A DNA stretch of 64,000 nt from Raillietiella orientalis (taxonomy: Eukaryota). The stretch covers positions 1,426,001-1,490,000 of the forward strand of contig JAYWIR010000003.1 in assembly GCA_036172245.1 (NCBI GenBank), read 5' to 3'. Positions 50,100 to 61,616 of the stretch are shown piece by piece (the first letter of the stretch is position 1; each line of letters starts with the position of its first letter). The position numbers and the translations under genes are program-made. Under the pieces are notes generated by a model that was not told the origin of the DNA, searched no databases, and saw only the letters and a program-made list of their open reading frames with translations.

Positions 50100-53000
50100 G
50101 AAAAGCTCATACAACTTGATGAAACGGATAGAGAGCATCAGTGCTTTGAGAGTTCTCTATTTTTCTCCACTGTTGTTCCCAAGAGACCAATGAGGAAGCA
50201 AAGCAGCAGTTGATCTGTTTGTGGCGTTCCATGTATAACAGATATATATGCCTATATGGGTAAATACGCAGTGTCCCATGGATACTTGCTTTTAAATACA
50301 AAGAACCTAAGGATCAGCGAGATCTCGTAGTACCTAGAAGTTAAAAGCGGAGAACAAAATTTAAAGGCTCACATTAAGGAAAAAAACCACAAATTGGTAC
50401 GAAGTTACAAGCAGTCTTTCATTTTTATTGGTAGGAGGATGCGTATTTGCGTCAGTACTAAGAATCGATCAGCAATAGAAGCGTTTGGATTAAGGAGCCG
50501 AATGAAACAGAACAAAAACAAAAACAAATACAGGATTCAAAAATACAGACACAGAAAAGTAGCAAAAAAAACAAAATTCCCAAGAGTCCGTGCATTAAGT
50601 ATCTAAATGAGAGGAAAGAGTTTGATGGTTGGGGATGAAGCTTCCGCTCCTGCAAATGTCTAAATGAAAAGATTCAAAAAGGAACGCGAGTACTTGATTA
50701 AAGGAATATTAGTTATTGAAGCATCTTGAAGGAATGCCTTCACATCCCAGAATACATTGCCCTTCGATCCAAGAAAAACTACTCTCGATGGGAAGAATTC
50801 TAATGGAAGAAAACTCACAGAACCAGTTTCGACTTACAGTGAACCTGGTTCTGCTGGCAGTGCGAACTTGACACTTATCTATCAAGACCCACGATGATTT
50901 CAATACATCAACAGGCTTTGAATGCTTATAAGATAACCAAGGGTATATACGAAGGCCGAAATGAACATTCTAAATTCAAGAGGCGATCAGAACTGTCAAA
51001 TATTCTCCGTCCACAGCCTGGTATTTGATGATCACAATGGTGTCCCTTTAGAGCAGAGCTCTGCTGTTTGATGTAGAAGCAGTTCATGCTTTCAGTGGAA
51101 GGCCATGGAAGATCCCCTGTCATAAAGTCTGACAAATAACTACAGAGATCATAAAGTTGTACGCGATGTATGCAGCGGTAGAGTAAGGAGGAGATGATCG
51201 TAGGAGATGATCTGGAAACAGAAATTAGCTTAAAAGAACAGAAAAGCTGGCTGCATGCTGAGTGGGAAAGGGCTACAAACTGTAGCAGCATTCTTAGTTT
51301 CCTGTGGTAACAGTCAAATATTGAGATGCTGAAGATTCAATGGAATGATGAAACTAAACTTTGGGAGGATGCGAAAGTCATTATACCGGACCATGAGAAA
51401 GCATTGAAAGCAACTGCCACTCGGAAGCAGTCCTTTTCATAAGTGACCAGTCGTGAAAAGCTTTTTAAATTGGAGCAGAAAACAGAATCGAAAAGTAGGC
51501 AAAAGAAGGTATGCCAAGCAAAACACTTGGGTTTCGGAGGAACTCTCACAGAATCGATGTCTTTACAGTACAGACTGTGATGTGAAGTTATTTATTTGGC
51601 GAAAGAATAGATTTTGAATTCTCATTCTCACTGTCATCAGTTAAACACTGACATCAAGAGTCTTCATGCGCTTTAGGTCTTTGGGTTCAGGAAAGTTGAC
51701 TGGAATACCATAAGACGATCAACACAGATGATTACTGAGCAATTAAAGGTCATCCGATTCTCAGTGCTTTTTTCTTCAACCTCTAAAAGATTTTTAAAGA
51801 ATCCATCATATGTTCACTCGACTAGTTTTTGGAATACAGTTTCTCGTAATGGAAATTTTCAGAAAAAATTGAGTTTCCTTCCAGAAGTATTCTAGTATGA
51901 ACTTCAAGAATGCTTTCATGGCGACCATGTGTACAGTGAATGAAGTACTAAAAGTGAAATTAGAATATAAAGTCACAACGTATGGTGGCATTTTCGTAAC
52001 GATGTTCAGCAACTTATAGAACTTCTTGAGAGCTAAATATGAATTTATTAAGATAAGAAATGGTTTCCTCTTCAGTGGAACGTAGTGAACATTAAGACAT
52101 GGTTTTTCACGTTTCTATAGACTTATCCAGGAGGTCTAGCTCAACTTTTGAAGTGCAATTAAAGTTTCATTTAAAATGGAATTTAATTCGAACAATCACT
52201 CTACATGTGTGATTTATTCTGCAGGATAAGATATGAAGTATGTCAACGATCAAAGAATTCCAATATGGGTTCTTTATTTTCTCATCATTATTTGTTAGCA
52301 TTTAGGAAGGAAAGGAAGAAGTGGAAAGAAAATTGAAGTAGGCAAATGATTGAAAACGAGTTGAATTCAGTGAAAACTCACTTTCCTCCTCAACTGACTT
52401 ACTCTGGTCCTGCTTTCGGTAAATGCCGGTATTCCATTCTTGGACTATCTGTGATTCGTTAGTCTTCTTCCTTGGTGGACTTTGAAAGACCAGGAATCTT
52501 CTCTTTTCGGTTTTGATATTCCTCTTGTGAACCTTGATGGCTTCTTTGTATCCTTGAAAGGTAGCACATCTAGATAGATTTCTCCATGAAGCGAAACAAA
52601 TTACATGTCTTGAAATTGGTTCCTGCAGATAACACGCACATTTTGTCATTGGTATGGAATCTACACCACCTAGAAGAAAAGGGTAACATTTCGAAACCAT
52701 TTATCAAGAGTGTAGATCACATCAATCGATGAAAATGATGAATAGTCTATTTTTTAATTTACTTGAATCCTCTGTAGTGTCATCCAATGAAGGAAAAGTT
52801 TTCTCAGTAACTGGATTTTGATGAGCTCTGGGTGAGTTTCCCAAAGCAGTTTTCCGTGAAGTGTGTTACTCCTGAATACACCATAAGTTCAATTCTATCT
52901 ATATTTGTCTCATTCCGTCTGCTGAAAAATTCACCTCCTCTCGATATCAAAAGTGTGTATCCTGATTAAGAAGGACTTCTGGAAAGCAAAAATTCTGATC

Positions 53001-53600
53001 TTCATTTTCTGGCCTTCTAGTATCCCTCTGATGATCTTTTCCTTCATCCCAATTATTTCAAAAACAGTTCGGATTCCAATTAATTACTATCCCACAGTAT
53101 TTCGAACAATCTATCTATATGCAATAAGGTTTGTCTTCATTGCCTTTTTGTATTCAGTTTTGGTGCTTTTGAAACAAGTTACTCCCAAGAACTTCGGAAT
53201 CGGCAACTAGTGAGAAACATTCCTTTGATACCAAGAAACTCATCTTAAAGAATCCCTTAAGTGACATAAAAAAATGTACCAACCAAACGGAGAGAAAAAC
53301 GCTGAATTTCTCTCCATTTCATGAAAATCAATTTAAAATACAGTGCCAATTTGCTACCAACACGTTGACGGTAATGTTCAGTAGTGGTATTGCTGGAAAA
53401 GGCCCATAGTGTGAGGAAATGCGTAAACATCTGATCTGTTAGTCTTTGAGTGTTGAGCTCTTGGGTGTCCAGCACGTAGGATCACTGTTTTAAATTTGAT
53501 AGCAGTAACGCATATGTGGTTTCTGTACAGGCCGTTTTCCTTGAAACACTTTGTAGCAGTAGCCCCTGTACTTTCTGTAGTATTTCCAGGAAGTTAGGTA
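50100..53600 (-). pseudogene. Probable fragmented or multi-exon gene; weak resemblance to SLF1/ANKRD32-like BRCT proteins
   Basis: Coding-like stretches such as MFTHFLT, GIVINWNP..IIRGILEG, SGVTHF and KFYKLLNIVTKMPPY. No clean splice model could be built. Confidence 0.2.
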
Positions 53601-53920
53601 TTTAAGGGTAAGCGGCAAAAGAACAGCAGTTGAGTTTTTTTTTTTTCTTTCACAATGTTTGGAGTATATACGGATCGAACAAATTAGGTGTAATTATTGA
53701 GGTAACTAGGTATTGGGAAAAACTAGTTGTAGGCTTGTGTGGTGATTTTTTTTTTTTTCCAAAGTCTTTTCGTTCTCATGCAGTTACATAAGTTGATTTT
53801 GCATTACTTGATTTTGTTGTAGCCAAAAAATATGCGTAAGCTTTTCTAGCGGATGGCGCATTGATTATGGCAAACATCCAGAAAATGAAACTATAATTTA
53901 GAGCATTATTAATTAAAAAC

Positions 53921-55678
53921 ATGGAGTCTTGGAAAAAGCCAAATGATGTAATGCAGAAATTTAAAAGAAAAAGAAAAGCCTTGCAATTCCGGATGAGAAA
54001 CAAACAAGTCAGCCCTATGAAGCAGGCAGAATGCAAATTATCTAGTCCAGATTATCCTAGAAGGAAAAACAAAAATCCTTTCCGGTATTGCACCCTTTTT
54101 TTTTTCTCTCTCCCTCAAAACATGGATACCTTATTTTCTGCAGGCAGCCATCTAATCAGGGCGTATTATGTGGTGACGAAACATCACAGGATGATACAAT
54201 TTTTACTTTACTGTCAAAAGGTCTTGTAAAATCAGAATCTTCATACAGTCAGTACCTGTGTGATGAAAACATGGATAAAATTGGGGTATGTTTATCTGAT
54301 ATGTTGATGCTTATTTTTGTTTGAACAGTCACATCATGCTGTTGGTAAAAGTGCAACTCAGCTCCCGATTGACTGGTCTCTCAAATCAAAACTTTCAGTG
54401 CTTACTTCTCTCCCTGTGCTTGATGGTAAAGGAATCAAAGTAAGTAAAATTCGAAACAATGTACATTTCTTTGTTAGGGTTCTGAAGAAGCTACTGCTAC
54501 AACAGCTTTTGTACGTTGTTTAGGAAATTTTGAAGAGAATAGTTTGAGATCCCATTTACATCAGCAGTGCTTCTATTGGCAGTTTCCCCATCTACCATGG
54601 CTGCCTCTTTTCCCACGGTATCATGCACCTAGCATAAAAGAACATGCTTCCCTGGATTTGGAAATTCAAGTTGAGCTTCAGAAGAAATGGTAACCTGTTT
54701 TCAATTAATTCTAGAGGATTGACAAAACTCTCATAGGTCTGCAGGCTTGAGTTCCTTGTATCATTTACTCCGCACAAGACATTGCCTTTATTTTTACATA
54801 TGTTCCCACTGGTTCACATGTTTATTTCGAGCAGCTGGTGTGGGTGGCATTCTTGAAACACATGCTCTCATTGCTCCTACTAGTCAGGGATTCCGTCATA
54901 CTCTTCAAGAAGAAGGCAACATGAGTTGATCACAGTGTAAGAAATGACCCTTGAGTTCCAGGAGTGGAATTTTGTATGCCTTTGGCTGAGCAGCTAGAAA
55001 AAGAAATTCCAGAGCAACACTCAGATGATGATGATGATAAGAGTCTTAGTGAGTGGTTGGATAGCATTGGTGCTGAATCTTCACAGATTTTCAAAAGTCA
55101 ATCAGCTAATATGTATCCTTTGTGGAAAATAGATTTTGGAAAAGCCCTTAACAATACAAAGTTCAGAGCAATGGAAAAATATAGATCTCCAACCACAGTC
55201 ACTCTTATGCATACAAGGAGCCAATGTCCATGCTCTTTATAATTTTCTTTTGAACAGTCCATTGTGCTGGACAACTGTTGGATCTTTTGCTGGTATTCCA
55301 CCAACCCTTTTGGCACCTGTTGCATTCCTAGGTGGAACATTATCTTCCTTAAGTCTGCATCATAGCCACATACAACATGCCTCCCATTTCCCATATCTTG
55401 TTGAACTGAAAGGTCCCATCCTTCCTGATTGTGTTTCTCGGATTGCTTCTTTAATAGCCAAACACTGTGATTCATTCAAAATGAATTTGAGCACGAGTGA
55501 CTGCAGCAATGCTTTTAATCAACTGGTTATTGTAGATGGAGCTTCTAGTTCAGTGTTTTCTGAGGAAAGTCTCAGTGAATGTGGTTCCACTGCAGATTTT
55601 ATAAAGCAGGCATGCTGCCATCAGTCACATACTATTTCCCAGTGTAATTATGCTTCTGGTAAATATACGTGCAGTTGA
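53921..55678 (+). CDS. DONSON: DONSON (downstream neighbor of SON / humpty dumpty), multi-exon
   Basis: WKKPNDVM..KRKALQFRM, KNPFR, LPIDWSLKSK, YWQFPHLPWLPLFPR, SLYHLLR..YFYIC..FTCLFRAAG, PTSQGFR, VHALYNFLLN, GIPPTLLAPVAF. Confidence 0.95.
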
Positions 55679-57066
55679 TCAAGTATATGCTTGAGCTAGC
55701 TGTAATATGTTCTGTGCCTGTAACACCAATGGCCTGTCTATCATTCTACCATGGAAAACAAAAGCTCCCTAAAATACAATACAGTTGCAACCTCAGGAAC
55801 AGTTTTAGGACACACTTTTCCATGTGACTGATGTTCTTCAAATGCTTTTAAAAGTTCCTCAGCCCATACTATTTGCTGTTTGCTTGGTGTATAAATTTCT
55901 TGGACTGGTTCCACTTGTGAGGGATGAATGACTTGTTTTCCAGTAAATCCAAAACTCTTCCCCTCCTCAGCTTGTTGTCTCAGCCCTTCTAGATCTATTG
56001 GAGTTGCCTACCATTCTACTTATTTTATGATTACCTTTAAAATCAATGTAAACCATATCAATGGCTTGAAGGCCCATTGCTTTTGCTGAGATGACAAACA
56101 ACTGGCGTGCAACGATCAGTTCTTTAGAAGCTGTTGTACGCTCAGCTCCAATATCAGCACAGAAGTCATCTGAACCAAGTACTAATCCTTCAAGGATAAA
56201 AGGAGCATTATTTGACAAAGAAATTGCAGTATGACACAGTTCACGGATGTCTAGCAGGGCATTGGCTGATTCTATGTACATTAGCAATTTCAGCTTTTCC
56301 TGAAGCTTGCGTGAGCCTAAAATCTGCTTTAGTTGATCAGAAAACTATGAAAAAAAAATCAAGATCTGATTGTATTTGTCAGCTTTCAGTACCCAGTGCA
56401 ACTCTTCTTTACTTTCTACTTTTGGTAAAAATAATGTGGATGGAAGTATCTCTCCTGAGAGAATCACTTCAAGATCTTGCTGGCAAAGATTATCAGCACT
56501 TATGGAATTTACACGAACTGCACACTCAGAAGTTCCAAAATTAACATTGTTTTTGTTGATGCAGTTTGCAATAGTGTGTCTTGCTGCATTCTAAGGAAAC
56601 AAAACTAAATGATTGAAAATTGATTTCTCAAATGAACCATAGTAAACATGAAATTTCCATTGCAAGCACTCAATAAGGCTTGTCCATGCAAAACACTACA
56701 CAATATCATTGAATATCAACATTTTTAATGCATGAAATGTTGCAGTGGTGTATGAAGTAGTTTATAAGAGGATTCATACCCATCCTACAATAACGATGCA
56801 TCCGTGTTCAAAAGTTTGGATGAAATGCTCATTTCAAGCAAAAGTCTCACCTTTTTGGAAAACGCCACTCCATCTTCACAATCCAAAATGGCACAATCAA
56901 CACGTATACCTTCAACTTTTTTTATTTTCTTTTCATCGTCGCCAGGCACATACAACACGGCCCTTCGTGGAGTGAACCTACTGTTTTTACCTGACTGTGG
57001 ATTTAAATAAGATTTGAAGTTACTACACTGTGACAACTTTCTGCCCAACGTGCTAATGAAACGCAT
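55679..57066 (-). CDS. CLYBL: Citramalyl-CoA lyase / citrate lyase beta-like, multi-exon
   Basis: PRRAVLYVPGDDEKKIKK, LDCEDGVA, LGSDDFCADIGA, LQAIDMVYIDFK, GFTGKQVIHP, GAFVFHGRMIDRPL. The start codon is tentative. Confidence 0.95.
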
Positions 57067-57735
57067 TTCACTCGAAGAAACCTGTCGTCAGTATTCCTGG
57101 AACATTGCAGGAACAAATAGGAATACAGGATACTGTTCGGGGAATCAACATTCAAAAACATGCGTGCATTTGGCCGGATCTACCGGTAGGCATTCCGTTT
57201 AAATTTCGATTGTATTATGTCCCAAAGGGAGTTGTACCTGATCAGCTTTTGCGTTAAGAACTACGGCTAGTTAATTCGGAGTTCCTCCAAGTTCTCAGAT
57301 GATTGAAATTCATTCGGTTCTTCTGCTCAGCATACGTTTCTGTACCGGTTTCCTCTACAGAGAGAATCACCAAGGTCGCAGCCCAAGCAGAATGGGAAAA
57401 CTCGGTACCAATACGGGTTGCCATGCAAAATGCTGAATGAAAATGACTTCAGCTTTATTTTTTGTCTGTGTGGTTATGAGATTTGTTTTTGACTTTTTTG
57501 ATCTCACAGAAACTGGAAACCAGGATTAAAAAGGAAATCACCCCTTTTATCTTATCGCTCATTTATCTCGTAATGCTGAGAACGTTAAGAAGCAATGTTG
57601 AGAAGAAAATGTTTACTTAGGTAGTCCCAGCGCAGGTTTACTTTTTCGATGCCAAACTTAATAGGCTGAAAACTATCCTTTTCCGCGTACACAGTTATGT
57701 AAAAAGAGGAGAAAATATGCTTCTATTTAAATATT

Positions 57736-58026
57736 GAACTGGCGCTATGGGATGAACCTAACTTGGGCTACGGCGCCCGATGCGACGCTCATCAGATTCT
57801 ATGAAAGGTGTTGGTCGCTATGGACAGCAGGACGGTGGCCATGGAAGTCGGAATCCGCTAAGGAGTGTGTAACGACTCACTGCCGAAGCAGCCGGCCCTG
57901 AAAATGGATGGCGTTCAAGCGTGGAGCCTATACCAACCGCCGGGAAAGAGCCGTTCCTGCCTTCCGGGAGCGTTCCGGAGGACGGCAGGTTCCTCAGGTT
58001 CCGGCGAGTAGGAGGGTAGCGGCAGT
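57736..58026 (+). rRNA. 28S: Isolated 28S (LSU) rRNA fragment/pseudogene
   Basis: GAACTGGCGCT..GGATGAACC, ACAGCAGGACGGTGGCCATGGAAGTCGGAATCCGCTAAGGAGTGTGTAAC, GCCCTGAAAATGGATGGCG, GAGTAGGAGGG. Confidence 0.95.
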
Positions 58027-59433
58027 TACTACTTGCATTCGACACATAGTGTTAAAAGTAATATTAACGCATGCTTACTAAAGTATGAACTTTTTGATAA
58101 TCATATCAAGGATATTAATCCTTGATATTTCATGCAACTAAGTTTATTGATACGTATTCGTGTCTACGAAGGGTTTGGACGCGAGCTCGCCTGGAGTCTT
58201 ATAATTCTTGATCGATCCTTAGGAGGATTGCAATGCTCTCTTGAGAATTTCTTATCATTTGAGCCTTTATACCTATCAGTTTGTCAGTTCAAATCATCTT
58301 TAAATTCAGTCGTAATTTTAGATTAGTTTTAATAAGATAAGAGAAATATTTCCAAATAGACAAAGATTGCTTCTGACACGAACACTCTTATTCGGTTTTA
58401 ACGACAAAGGAACAACATAATAATAATTGTTTTGCAGTCGAAAGGCAATAGAAGAAAAATTATCATCATCACGAAATATAACGTCCTTTATGATGCCATA
58501 TATTTTGGCGATTTGATGATATTGTGACTGACTGTGATCCTTTGTGGTCGTGACAAGTGTCTGAAGGAACCTACGGTCTTCTGGTTATGCTTCCATAAGA
58601 ACAACCTACGGTTTGGTACGGAGAATGCGAGATTTTGATTCTTCCGCACCTCTATAATAGCTTTTTAAACAGACATCACAAATTTGTGGATGATTTACAC
58701 ATCCTTTGGGGAGAAGAAATTATGCGCTACATGAGGAATATTTGCATCAGATTTTTGAAAATGATCTACGCAATTTACACACGAATTATTCCAACAGTGG
58801 AATTACTGGAATACGCACTCATGGCTCTACAGTGACTAGCACACTTATTTTACTTGCTTTATCTGAACGAGTTGCAAAATTCGCAGTTGGTGGCAAATGT
58901 GGTAAACCACTGTGGAAGGACCGCTAGGGTATGAATTAAGAAACGACTGCCCAAACTAATGAGTCAATACGGTGTAGCAAATGAGCATGGGTATTTGTAA
59001 AGGGAAAAAAAAATGCCCTCAACTCACAACACCAGAAAACGAAAAAGAAAAAACAGGGAGGCAAGCTTGCCGTAGGTGCTGTCCTTCTAGGCTTTATTTA
59101 TTTATTTTTTTTCAGCACATCAGCTTTTTACATTCATGAAGGAACGAGTGCAAGATCAATCCTCAGCAAGATGGGGAAATGTGGGTCTAAAATTGGAATC
59201 GCAACTGTCGTACCCGAAGTTCAATTCCAATTTGTGACTTCCAGCCGAGTTCATCAGCTGAAATTCTTAGTGGACAACATAGATAAACTATCATTGCTAC
59301 TTGCATTCGACACACGGTGTTAAAAGTAGTAATTAACGCATGCTTACTAGAGTATGAACTTTTTGATAATCATATTAATATCCTTGATATTTCATGCAAG
59401 TAAATTTATTGACACGTATTCGTGTCTACGAAG
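58026..59433 (+). repeat. ~145-bp direct repeats (58026-58171 and 59294-59433) flanking ~1.1 kb
   Basis: Both copies run ctacttgcattcgacac...cgtattcgtgtctacgaag. Confidence 0.92.
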
Positions 59434-61616
59434 AGGAAAGGCCGAAAGCGCAGACTCTATCCTGGAGCGTTCGCATTGAATGGACAATTTGAAGGTGCCA
59501 AACACCGTTCGGATCGGGGTCTGAGCACACATGATCTGAAACTCCTCTCAACCCGTTGCATCCTTTTTGAGTGACCTTCCTGCTGAGTCCGTTTCAGCAA
59601 ACACGGGTGTGCGTATGAGAGCCACACGTTCAAGAACCTCTGAGAATTTCGAGGCGAGATTTCCATTTTTTTTCTTTTTCTTTTCTTACACGAGACAGGT
59701 TGTCAGTCGAAGCCAAACGAGATGATCAAGATGTTGTTCTGGATCAAACGGCTCCAAATTCGCGAACGATTTTTTTGGTTGAAAGCAGGAACCTCATCGG
59801 GCTAAGCGGGGACATTCTGCCCTTCTCGAAAGTTGCGTGGCGTGATCGGCGATATACGCTCTTGCCATCGGAAAACACTGTGTACTCTTTTGGAGTAATT
59901 TTTTTTTTTTTTTTTCTTTAGAGTTCAGGAACCTCTTCTGCATGCTTTCTTTCTCTCTTTCTTTCTTTTTGCTTCTTTGTAAAAAGACGAAAATTTTCGA
60001 TATTCAGTGAGACAACATTGAATGGATAGTTGTACGTCTTCCCGATATGCCTTTGCAAATTAGGATCTCGAGAATGCCACCTCAGAGCTGAGATGCCTCT
60101 GATTTATCAAGTTAAGATTTCCTCACGGAGCCGATTCCCTATGTATCAGCTACCGAGTACAGAGGAATGCCATGCACACAATCGAAGCCCGGAAAGGGCG
60201 CAAGGAAACTCAGTGGCATCCGTGTTTACGATGCTTTAGCCATCAACGAAACAGTAAGCGACGGTGGTCGATGGTATTCGGAAAGCTGCAGGAAGTACGA
60301 AACAGGGCCGAGCTCGCTGTCCCATACTATACCTTCCAGCAAGTCCCCTGCGGCATTGCATACTACTACTTCCCGATTCGATCCGCGCCTGTCTCCGTAA
60401 TCAAAGTGGTAACGAAATCTCTCGGTGCCGCGGAATTCTTTTGGGGGGCTTCCTTCTGGATGCTTTGACACTCTCTTGCCGCTGCTATGCCTTCCGGCTG
60501 AAAGTCCCCTCCGCACTGCGCAGACATCTGGCTGCGCGGAGTCCTCTTTCCTTCGCCATATCCGACTTTTCTTCTGCTCCACAAATCTCAACTCACCCCC
60601 CTTCGCCTTTTGGGACTTCATCCGGCATCCCCAGTTAAATTACTATGGAGGAGGAGGAGGCGAGCACTCGGCAGCTGCCACTGGCCGGCGAAGCGGACCG
60701 GCGCGACATGACAGTGGAAATTCTTTCACATTCTTGATTCACTTGAGGAACATGCGGAAGCCGTAAACTTCCGGGCTCCGTCCAGACCTCGAGACTCTCC
60801 TCTGGCTGCTTTTGTTTCCAGAGAAAGCCGAAGAGCAGTGTTCGATAGCAGCTAGCGTGGCGCTCTGCGACCTCAGCAGCCATGGTGGGAGGGTGGCAGC
60901 CACACCACGAGAAGGAAGAGATAGATCAACAAAGCGGCACCGCTCCGTCGCTGCGGCAGTTCGGAGATGGAACCGCGCGCGGGACGCCGCAGGGACCTCT
61001 CGGCCACGATGCCCGCTCGCGTCTCGCTTCGCCGAGCGAGCAGGTCGGGGATTGGGCGGTCGCGGGAGTCGCTTTGGGCGACGACGTCACGTTGTGCCGG
61101 CGGAGACGCTGGGGGAAGTGCTCCGTCGTCGCCGACGGAAATTTTGCTGCTGTCCGCGCAGCTGGCGAGCGGGGAGGCACCGTCAGGAAGGGGGACACGG
61201 GAGGGGGGGAGGTGGAGAGGGAGGCACGACAGGCTGATGGACGCACCGGGGTGGGTGGAGGCAGCCGCCAACCCCGCCACCGCTGACGCTCGTACCGGGA
61301 TCGGTGCGCCCTGGCGGGAAAGTCCGAGTTTCCAGCGCCGCGATGACCCTGCGGATCGTCTGCGGATGACCCTTTCGAAGGCGGGGAGGATGAGGACGAT
61401 GGGGTGATGTGTTCTCCGATCTCAGGGCAGCCGACCGGAAGTTGTCCGTCCCTTCCCCGGGGCGGACACGAACCGCCGGTTATGAGCCTCCCCCCACCCC
61501 AGGCAACGGCAGAGGAAATGCACGGAAAGACAACGGTCGGCTGACTCGCTTTAATCTGGTGCTCTGCAGCCCACGACCCCCGGGGGAGGGAAGCGGGGCA
61601 GCCGCGCCTTCCGCGG

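Noticed and set aside
59700..60400. piggyBac-like WRDRR motif
   Set aside because: No DDD motifs, TIRs or TTAA ends identified.
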